From the NCBI GenBank assembly GCA_004297495.1, contig SCTL01000495.1, forward strand, positions 1 to 27,566: a stretch of 27,566 nt of DNA, written 5' to 3'. Position numbers and translations under genes: made by a program. This DNA is from Verrucomicrobiota bacterium (GTDB lineage Bacteria; Verrucomicrobiota; Verrucomicrobiia; Limisphaerales; JADLHS01). Positions within the stretch are counted from its first letter, which is position 1; every line of letters starts with the position of its first letter. Under the pieces are notes generated by a model that was given only the letters and a program-made list of their open reading frames with translations, made no database searches and was not told the DNA's origin. Positions 16,447 through 24,069 of the stretch are shown piece by piece.

Positions 16447-19260
16447 ATGAAGCTGTTAAGTTCAGAAAGTTTCTTTGGCCGGTTGTTGACGCGGCTGGTG
16501 GACACAGTCGTCCGCCGTCCGAACTGGTTTCTTTACCCGCAACTCGCGCTGTTCGCCGTCTGCGTCGGCTACACGGTCAAATACCTGGAGATTGACACGA
16601 GCCGCAATGATCTCGTGGGCGGTAAGAAGAAGTATCATCAGAACTTTCTGAAGTTCAAAAAGGAATTTCCGACGCAGGACGATCTGGTGGTGGTGGTGGA
16701 AAGCGAGAACGGCGAGAAGAACCGGCAGTTCGTCGAGCGGCTCGGGCGGAAATTGGAGGCTGAGACGAATTATTTCCGCGACGTTTTCTACAAGGGCGAT
16801 TTGAAAATGCTCGGGTCGAAGGCGCTGTTGTTCGTTCCCGAGAACGACTTGAAGGAATTGAAGCGGACGTTGCATGACTTCGAGCCGTTCGTGCAGCAGT
16901 TCACGAAGACGACGAACCTGGTTTCGCTCTTCGACATGATCAACACGCAGTTCCGCACCGCCAAGCAGGAGCAGAACGCGCAAAACGAATCGCTCGCGAA
17001 ATCGCTCCCGGCGCTGGAGCGCATTGTGCAGCAGGCGACCGCGAGTCTGAAGCGGCCCGGTGCGCCGCCGTCGCCGGGCGTGATGGCGCTGTTCAACGCC
17101 GGCGAGGAAGCCGAGCGGGAAATCTACATCACCTTCGGCAACGGCACGATGTATCTGGTCACCGTGCAAGCGCCGACCTCGGAGCAAAACGCCGAGACGG
17201 TGGAGCGTTTGCGGGAACTCGTGGAGGAAACGCGGCGCGAAGTGCCGGGATTGAACGTGGGCCTGACCGGCGAACCAGTCCTCGAAATTGATGAAATGCG
17301 ACAATCCGAACGCGACACGGCGCTGGCGACGGTTGTGTCGTTCGCGTTGGTGTTTGTGATCATCATCTTTGGCTACGGCAGAATCAGCCGGCGGATCAAG
17401 GCGGACTTTTGTTTGATCGTGGGCATGGCCTACACGATGGCGTTCACCACCCTGGCCATCGGGCATCTCAACATTCTGACGATCACGTTCGCGCCGATTC
17501 TGGTGGGCATCGCGATTGATTTTGGCGTGCACTTGATCGCGCGCTACGAGGAGGAGTTGCGGCGCGGTCGGTCAGCCGAAGAGGCGATGCGCACGGCGAT
17601 GGTGCTGACCGGGCAGGGAATTTTCACCGGCGCGTTCACGACGGCGGGCGCGTTCTTTGCGATGTGGTTCACCGATTTCAAAGGCATCCAGGAAATGGGC
17701 ATCATCTGCGGCGGCGGCATGTTGATCTGCCTCGTGCCGATGCTGACGCTGTTGCCGGTGCTGATTCTGCGCGGACGGTCTGCGAGCGTCGAACCCAAGC
17801 CGCACGACAAGGCGGATTATCGCGAGCGGATTGAAAAATTCTGGCTGAATCGTCCGCGCACGGTCATCGCCGTCACTGCGGTTTTGTGTCTGCTCAGCGC
17901 CACGCAACTGCGGAAGATTTTCTTTGATTACAACCTGCTGAACATGCAGAGCGCCGGTCTGCCGGCGGTGGTGTTCGAGGAAAAACTGATTTACGCCAGC
18001 ACCAACACGCTCAACGAAGCGGCCACCAACGCAGCGGGGCGCTCGGTGTTGTTCGCCGCCGTGTACGTGAATACCGCGGACGAGGCGGCGAAGCTCGCGG
18101 CGCGCATCAAACAACTCCCGGTGGTGGCGGACGTGGATTCCATTGCCAGTTACCTGCTGGAAAATCCGGTCGAGAAACTGAAATTGATTGGCGAGATCAA
18201 AGCCGAGTTGGCGCCGCTACAGTTTCTCGAGCCAGACCCGGCCGATGTGAACCTGGATGAACTGAGCCGCACGCTCTACTCGACGGGCGGTTATCTCGGT
18301 CTCGCGCGCGACGCGGTGCAGGCGGAAGATGCCGACCTGGCGCGGCAATTCGGCAGTTTCCGGGAGAGCATGAACACTCTGCGCATCGAAATGCTGCGCG
18401 GCAGTCCGGCCCAGCGGGAAGCGCACGCCCAGACGCTTGGCGCATTTCAACGGGCGTTGTTCAACGATTTGCGCGAGACGTTCGAGGCGTTGCGCAGTCA
18501 GGATGATCGCGGCGGTTTGCGGATCGAGGATTTGCCAATGGCGCTGCGTCATCGGTTTGTCGGCGTCACCGGGAAGCACTTGGTGCAGGTGTACCCGCGC
18601 GAGAACGTCTGGCAACGCGAGCATCAACAGAAATTCGTCCACGAGTTACGCCAGGCGCTGGATCCGAAGGAAACCAATTACCCGATCATCACCGGCACGC
18701 CCGTGCAATTGCTGGAATACACTTCGCTGTTGAAAAAAAGCTACGAGGAGGCGGCGCTCTATTCGCTGCTCGCCATTGCGTTGCTGGTGTTCTTCCACTT
18801 TCGCAGCGTTGTGTCGGTGGGACTTGCGCTCTTGCCGGTCGCGGTGGGTTCGATCTGGCTGGCCGGGATCATGGGTTACTTCGGCATCCCGTTCAATCCG
18901 GCGAACATCATGACGCTGCCGCTGGTGATCGGGATTGGCGTGACCAACGGCATTCACATACTAAACCGATTTGCGGAGGAACAAACCCCAAGTATTCTGG
19001 GCAAGAGCACGGGCAAAGCGGTGTTGGTTTCCGGTTTGACGACGGTCGCCGGTTTCGGAAGTCTGGCGCTGGCGAAGCATCGCGGCATTGAAAGCCTCGG
19101 CTACGTGATGGCCACAGGCGTGGCGACCTGCATGATTGCGGGGCTGACGGTGTTGCCCGCGATTTTGAGAATGAGAATGCGAACAAAGTTGAACCCGGAA
19201 AAAAATCAACCCAGTGTCGTCAATGCACAAACGACACTGGGTCGGGAGGAACCGAGGTAA
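16447..19260 (+). CDS. hpnN: MMPL/RND transporter, HpnN (hopanoid transporter)-like
   Basis: Two halves, each TM + large loop + TM bundle. LEIDTSRNDLV...FKKEFPTQDDLVVVV, GLTGEPVL, GIAIDFGVH (single TM Asp), FNPANIMTLPLVIGIGVTNGIH, VSGLTT. RND/MMPL is secure; the HpnN subfamily call is likely. Confidence 0.75.
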   Translation: MKLLSSESFFGRLLTRLVDTVVRRPNWFLYPQLALFAVCVGYTVKYLEIDTSRNDLVGGKKKYHQNFLKFKKEFPTQDDLVVVVESENGEKNRQFVERLGRKLEAETNYFRDVFYKGDLKMLGSKALLFVPENDLKELKRTLHDFEPFVQQFTKTTNLVSLFDMINTQFRTAKQEQNAQNESLAKSLPALERIVQQATASLKRPGAPPSPGVMALFNAGEEAEREIYITFGNGTMYLVTVQAPTSEQNAETVERLRELVEETRREVPGLNVGLTGEPVLEIDEMRQSERDTALATVVSFALVFVIIIFGYGRISRRIKADFCLIVGMAYTMAFTTLAIGHLNILTITFAPILVGIAIDFGVHLIARYEEELRRGRSAEEAMRTAMVLTGQGIFTGAFTTAGAFFAMWFTDFKGIQEMGIICGGGMLICLVPMLTLLPVLILRGRSASVEPKPHDKADYRERIEKFWLNRPRTVIAVTAVLCLLSATQLRKIFFDYNLLNMQSAGLPAVVFEEKLIYASTNTLNEAATNAAGRSVLFAAVYVNTADEAAKLAARIKQLPVVADVDSIASYLLENPVEKLKLIGEIKAELAPLQFLEPDPADVNLDELSRTLYSTGGYLGLARDAVQAEDADLARQFGSFRESMNTLRIEMLRGSPAQREAHAQTLGAFQRALFNDLRETFEALRSQDDRGGLRIEDLPMALRHRFVGVTGKHLVQVYPRENVWQREHQQKFVHELRQALDPKETNYPIITGTPVQLLEYTSLLKKSYEEAALYSLLAIALLVFFHFRSVVSVGLALLPVAVGSIWLAGIMGYFGIPFNPANIMTLPLVIGIGVTNGIHILNRFAEEQTPSILGKSTGKAVLVSGLTTVAGFGSLALAKHRGIESLGYVMATGVATCMIAGLTVLPAILRMRMRTKLNPEKNQPSVVNAQTTLGREEPR

Positions 19261-19288
19261 CAACCTCAAAAGAGAGGTAAAACCTCAA
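19209..19288. promoter_or_regulatory. Structured element: 12-bp hairpin plus two GAGGT-N3/4-ACCTC palindromes
   Basis: ACCCAGTGTCGT/ACGACACTGGGT at 19209-19220/19231-19242; GAGGTaacaACCTC at 19254-19267; GAGGTaaaACCTC at 19274-19286. Confidence 0.5.
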
Positions 19289-19456
19289 TTGTGATGAACT
19301 ATAAATCTGCGAGTTTCAAAGTCAATCTGAATGTACCCGGCCCGTTTTTTGCGTTTTCTCCGAAAGTCGAAATCGTTAACGCCAGACACGGCTCGAAACC
19401 CCGTCACTCACTTTTTCATGCTCCGGTTTGAAGGAATTTTAACGCCGATTCGCGCG

Positions 19457-20986
19457 ATGGGTCGGTTGCTCGTGCTCGTTCTGGCCACGCTGCTTCCGGC
19501 AGCGGCACACGCGGGTGAAGTTTTTGGACCAGCCTTCAGCCAATTCTCGCTCACGCTTGAGTCCGGGCAACGCACCGAGGCGGTCGGGCCGCTTTACTAT
19601 CGGCAGACGACCGAATGGGGCAACACGCTCGCGCTGCCGCCGCTCTTTTCCAAGTTTGAAGCGCCGGATTTGTCGCGGACGGAAATTGATTTTGCGTATC
19701 CGCTCCTGACCTACGACCGCGACGGCACGGAATGGCGCTGGCAACTGTTTCAGTTGTTGAGTTTCGATGGCAGCGCGGATCAGAGCGCCCACAAAAATCG
19801 GCAGTTCACTTTGTTTCCGTTTTATTTTCAGCAACTCTCCGATGATCCTAAGCAAACCTATCACGCGCTGTTTCCGATTTACGGCCACCTTCAGCGGCGA
19901 CTTTTCCGCAGTGAAATAGATTTTGTTCTCTGGCCGCTTTACGTGAAGACCACGCGCTACGCGACCATCAACACCAATGGCGAAGCCAGCCCGCCGTTGG
20001 GAATCGCCAGTTCCTGGTTCACGCCACGCAGCGGCGAAGTCACGACCTACAACTACGTCTATCCGTTCTTCCACCTGCGCTATGGCGATGGTCTCCGCGG
20101 CTGGCAATTCTGGCCGGTGACCGGGCACGAGTTGAAAGTGGTTACGACAAAGACCAACTCTTGGGGCGATGCGGAAACCATTCCAGGCCACGAAAAGCGT
20201 TTCGTGCTCTGGCCTTTTTATTTTGATGAAACCCGCGGCATCGGTTCAACGAACATCGAGAAGCAGTGGACGCTCCTGCCGCTTTACAGCCAGATGCGCT
20301 CGCCGCGACGCGATTCCACCAGCTACGGCTGGCCTTTCGGTGTCATCATCACCGACGATCGCGAAAAGAAATATCACGAAGTGGACGCACTCTGGCCGTT
20401 GGTCGTGTTTGCGCACGGCGAAGGCAAGACCGCCCGGCGCATCTGGCCGCTGTTCAGCCAGGCGCACAACGACACCGTCGAAAGCGATTTTTATCTTTGG
20501 CCGCTTTACAAGTACAACCGCCTTCACTCCGGCGCGCTCGACCGCGACCGCACGCGCATCCTGCTCTTCCTCTACTCGCACGTGAACGAGAAAAACACCG
20601 AGACCGGCAAGGCCAAACATCGTTCTGACTTCTGGCCTCTTTACACGCATCAGACGGATTTCAACGGCAACTCCCGGCTGCAAATTCTCGCGCCGCTTGA
20701 ACCGATTCTGCCCGCCAGCAAAAGCATCGCGCGCGACTATTCCCCCATCTGGTCACTCTGGCGTTCGGAACACAACCCGACGACCCATGCCGCGAGCCAG
20801 TCCTTGCTCTGGAATCTCTACCGTCACGAGCGCGCGGGTGTGGACAAAAAGTGCTCGCTCCTTTTCGGCCTTTTCCAGTATCAATCCGGCGCGACTGGCG
20901 GGAACGTAAAACTGTTCTACCTTCCGCTTGGCGCAACCAAAACCAAACCGCAGCCGCCGGCGGACGCGGATAAGACCGCGCGGTAA
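19457..20986 (+). CDS. Uncharacterised exported aromatic-rich protein with ~20 (L/F)(W/F/Y)P(L/F)(Y/F) repeats
   Basis: Signal peptide MGRLLVLVLATLLPAAAHA-G from ATG 19457 (upstream in-frame starts at 19331 and 19418); repeated strand-like motifs; 29 bp upstream of mlaE. Confidence 0.8.
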   Translation: MGRLLVLVLATLLPAAAHAGEVFGPAFSQFSLTLESGQRTEAVGPLYYRQTTEWGNTLALPPLFSKFEAPDLSRTEIDFAYPLLTYDRDGTEWRWQLFQLLSFDGSADQSAHKNRQFTLFPFYFQQLSDDPKQTYHALFPIYGHLQRRLFRSEIDFVLWPLYVKTTRYATINTNGEASPPLGIASSWFTPRSGEVTTYNYVYPFFHLRYGDGLRGWQFWPVTGHELKVVTTKTNSWGDAETIPGHEKRFVLWPFYFDETRGIGSTNIEKQWTLLPLYSQMRSPRRDSTSYGWPFGVIITDDREKKYHEVDALWPLVVFAHGEGKTARRIWPLFSQAHNDTVESDFYLWPLYKYNRLHSGALDRDRTRILLFLYSHVNEKNTETGKAKHRSDFWPLYTHQTDFNGNSRLQILAPLEPILPASKSIARDYSPIWSLWRSEHNPTTHAASQSLLWNLYRHERAGVDKKCSLLFGLFQYQSGATGGNVKLFYLPLGATKTKPQPPADADKTAR

Positions 20987-21015
20987 GCGACGCAGCGACC
21001 CGGACAAACCCAGCT

Positions 21016-21753
21016 ATGTTTCAAAACCTCGGCGAAATGGCGATGCTCTTCTGGCGCACGCTGCGCGCGTTGCCGCTCACCTGGCGGCAGCGACAGAAAG
21101 TCTTCGAGCAATTCTTCGAGATCGGCAACGCCAGCCTGCTGATGGTCTGCGTGCTTTCCTTTTTCATCGGCGGCGTGCTCGCCTTGCAGACCGGCCCGTT
21201 CATGGCCGAGCGCGCGCTGGTCAATTACTTGGGTGGTATTGTGGGCTACTCGCACTGCCGCGAACTCGCGCCCATCATGATGGGCATCCTCATTGCCGGC
21301 CGCATCGGTTCGGCCATGGCGGCGGAAATCGGCTCCATGCGCGTCTATCAGGAAATTGACGCCCTGCGCACCATGAATATCAATCCCGTGCATTACCTCG
21401 TGCTGCCGCGCCTGGTCGCCATCGCCATTGCGCTGCCGATGCTCGTGATTTTTTCCGATCTCGTCGGCTGGCTTGGCGGCGCGGTGGTCGCGGCGGCGAA
21501 CCACCAGATTGACGTCGGCATGCAACCCTTCTTCGCCAGTCTGCGCGAGGTGGTGGATTTTCAGGACGTGGCTCACGGCGTGGTGAAAAGCTTTTTCTTC
21601 GCCCTCATCGTTGGCGTGGTTTCCTGTCAACAAGGCCTGGCGACTCTGGGCGGTCCGCGTGGCATCGGTCGCTCCGTCACCAAGGCTGTCGTCAACTCCA
21701 TCGTCCTCGTCGTGATCGCCGATTATTTCCTCACCCGCGTGCTCCTGAAATGA
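21016..21753 (+). CDS. mlaE: MlaE-family ABC permease
   Basis: RELAPIMMGILIAGRIGSAMAAEIGSMRVYQEIDALRTMNINPVHYLVLPR; VGRSVTKAVV-like C-terminus (IGRSVTKAVVNSI). Confidence 0.93.
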   Translation: MFQNLGEMAMLFWRTLRALPLTWRQRQKVFEQFFEIGNASLLMVCVLSFFIGGVLALQTGPFMAERALVNYLGGIVGYSHCRELAPIMMGILIAGRIGSAMAAEIGSMRVYQEIDALRTMNINPVHYLVLPRLVAIAIALPMLVIFSDLVGWLGGAVVAAANHQIDVGMQPFFASLREVVDFQDVAHGVVKSFFFALIVGVVSCQQGLATLGGPRGIGRSVTKAVVNSIVLVVIADYFLTRVLLK

Positions 21754-22505
21754 CCACGAATCTCCAAACCAACTCGGGCGGCGTGAGCGTGCAAGTGCGT
21801 GGTCTGCGCCGCAGCCTCGGCGGACACGAAGTTCTCCGCGGGCTGGACTTCGAGGTCAAGCCCGGCGAAATCTTCGTCATCATGGGCCCGAGCGGCAGCG
21901 GGAAAAGCGTGCTGCTCCGGCATATCATCGGCTTGGAAGATCCGGATGCCGGGGAAATCCTGATCAATGGCGAATCCGTTCACGGCGGCGAAGTGCTCGA
22001 CAAATACCGCATGGCGCTCGTGTTCCAGTCCGGCGCCTTGTTGAATTCGCTCACCGTCGGTGAAAATGTCGGGCTTTATCTCACCGAGCATCAACTCAAG
22101 TCGCCCGAGGAAATCCGCCGCATCGTCGCGGAAAAACTCGAAGTCGTCGGCCTGAAAGACACCGAAGCCAAAATGCCCAACGAACTTTCCGGCGGCATGA
22201 AAAAGCGCGCCGCCATCGCCCGCGCGCTCGTCATCGAACCGCAGATGATTTTATACGATGAGCCGACCAGCGAACTGGACCCGCTTTCCGCCGCCGTCAT
22301 CGGCAAGGAAATCCTCAAGCTCCAGGAACGCATTCACGTGACCTCGCTCGTCGTCTCGCACGACCGCGAACTGGCCTTCGGCATCGCCGACCGCATCGCC
22401 GTCATCAACGAAGGCCGCATCCTCGCCATCGGCACGCCCGACGAAGTGCGCCGCAGCGAAGACCCAACCATCAAAAAATTCCTGACCGCCGATTTCAAAC
22501 TTTAA
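21750..22505 (+). CDS. mlaF: MlaF/Mkl-family ABC ATPase
   Basis: Walker A GPSGSGKS, FQSGALLNSLTV, signature LSGGMKKR, Walker B ILYDEPT, H-loop VVSHD; ATGA overlap with mlaE. Confidence 0.93.
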   Translation: MTTNLQTNSGGVSVQVRGLRRSLGGHEVLRGLDFEVKPGEIFVIMGPSGSGKSVLLRHIIGLEDPDAGEILINGESVHGGEVLDKYRMALVFQSGALLNSLTVGENVGLYLTEHQLKSPEEIRRIVAEKLEVVGLKDTEAKMPNELSGGMKKRAAIARALVIEPQMILYDEPTSELDPLSAAVIGKEILKLQERIHVTSLVVSHDRELAFGIADRIAVINEGRILAIGTPDEVRRSEDPTIKKFLTADFKL

Positions 22506-22519
22506 CCCGCGACCTTGCC

Positions 22520-23500
22520 ATGAAAAACACCCTCGAAACCCGCCTCGGCCTCTTTGTGGCCCTCATCGTCCTCGCCTCCGTGCTCATCATCGAAACGCTG
22601 GGCGGCGTCTCTGTTTTCAAAAAGCAGTATCAAGTCCACGCCCTCTTCAACACCGCGCAGGACCTCAAGGTCGGCGACCGCGTGAAAATGGCCGGCGTTG
22701 AAATCGGGCGCGTGAAGGACATCGCGCTCACGGACAACAAGGTGAAAATCTCCATGACCGTGAGCGAAGACGCGCTCAAGAAACGCATCCGCACCGACAG
22801 CGTGGCCAGCGTGCGCTTCACGGGTTTGATGGGCCAGAACTACGTCAACGTGGACTTCGGCTCGCCGGGCGCGCCCAACGCCGCGCCCGACACCATCCTC
22901 GCCACCGCCGAGCAACCCGATCTCAACGCCATCATGGCCAAACTCGACAACGTGGCGTCCGGCGTGGAAAACCTCACCAAGAGTTTCAGCGGCGACAAGA
23001 TTGACAACATCCTCGGGCCCTTCACCGATTTTCTGAAGCAAAACAGCGGCCCGCTCACCGCCACCATTGCCAACATCCGCTCCATGTCCGCGCAAATCGC
23101 CGAAGGCAAAGGCACCGTTGGCAAATTGATTTACGACGACGCGCTCTATTCCACCGCGCTCACCACGGTTTCGAACCTTCAATTCACCACGGACGAAATC
23201 AAACTCACGCTGGCCGACGCGCGCAAAGTGATTGACGGCGTGAACGCGGGCGAAGGTTCGCTCGGCAAACTGGTCAAGGACGAGACGCTCTATCGCGAGA
23301 CCACCGCCTCAATGACGAACCTCAAGGAAATCCTCCAGAAGATCAACAACGGCCAAGGCACCGTGGGCAAACTCGTCAACGACCAGGAATTCTACCGGAA
23401 CGCCAAGCTCACGTTGCAGAAGGTGGACAAGGCGACGGAAGGACTCGAAGACCAAGGCCCGCTCAGTGTCATGGGCATCCTGGTGAACAATCTGTTCTAA
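22520..23500 (+). CDS. mlaD: MCE-domain (MlaD-family) protein with a long helical C-terminal extension
   Basis: N-terminal TM, LKVGDRVKMAGVEIGRV, GLMGQNYVNV, then ~190 aa helical region with three GxG(T/S)xGKL motifs. Confidence 0.9.
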   Translation: MKNTLETRLGLFVALIVLASVLIIETLGGVSVFKKQYQVHALFNTAQDLKVGDRVKMAGVEIGRVKDIALTDNKVKISMTVSEDALKKRIRTDSVASVRFTGLMGQNYVNVDFGSPGAPNAAPDTILATAEQPDLNAIMAKLDNVASGVENLTKSFSGDKIDNILGPFTDFLKQNSGPLTATIANIRSMSAQIAEGKGTVGKLIYDDALYSTALTTVSNLQFTTDEIKLTLADARKVIDGVNAGEGSLGKLVKDETLYRETTASMTNLKEILQKINNGQGTVGKLVNDQEFYRNAKLTLQKVDKATEGLEDQGPLSVMGILVNNLF

Positions 23501-24006
23501 GCCTCGCTCGACGGATCGAGAAACTGGATTTTCACGCCGCCGGATTGCGGCTTGGAAAAACTGTCCAGCAATGTCGGCGCGGCTTTTGAATCACTCGACT
23601 TCGCCGGCTCGGTCGGTTTCGCGCAAATCTCCGCCTGCGGACTCAACGCCGAACGCAGCGCGCCTTCGACGAGTTGGGAGCAGTGGATTTTCATCGGCGG
23701 CAGCGGGCCGAGTTCGCCGGCCAGTTCCTCCGGCTTGAGCGCGAGCGCTTCCTCCGCCGTCTTGCCGCGGATCAATTCCGTCGCCAGACTCGCCACGGCA
23801 ATAGCCGTCTCGCAGCCGAACGATTGGAACGTGGCGCGATCAATCACCTTCTTCCCGTCCTGCTGTTTGAACTTCACCCACATGCGCAACATCTCGCCGC
23901 AATCGGAATTGCCCACCGTGCCGATGGCATCCGCGTCGGCCAGTTCGCCCATGTTCTGCGGATTCGCCAGCGCCTGTTGAATCCGTTGTTGAAGGTCTTG
24001 ATCCAT
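23497..24006 (-). CDS. IscU/NifU-N-like Fe-S scaffold protein (divergent)
   Basis: NPQNMG, GNSDCGE (C36), FQSFGCETAIA (C65), LPPMKIHC (C109). Its stop overlaps the mlaD stop (CTAA). Confidence 0.85.
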   Translation of the reverse strand: MDQDLQQRIQQALANPQNMGELADADAIGTVGNSDCGEMLRMWVKFKQQDGKKVIDRATFQSFGCETAIAVASLATELIRGKTAEEALALKPEELAGELGPLPPMKIHCSQLVEGALRSALSPQAEICAKPTEPAKSSDSKAAPTLLDSFSKPQSGGVKIQFLDPSSEA

Positions 24007-24069
24007 GCGTCATGCTCGCCGACGGGAAACGAAAAAGCAATTCGGGCTGGGCACCGTCGCCAAGTCAGT

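Noticed and set aside
16462-17532. 356-aa minus-strand ORF, and similarly 23674-24774 on the plus strand
   Set aside because: Shadows of the RND transporter and of iscU/arnT.
19240-19262. c-di-AMP (ydaO) riboswitch, suggested by GGGAGGAACC
   Set aside because: Only this short motif matches; the other conserved ydaO segments are not recognisable.
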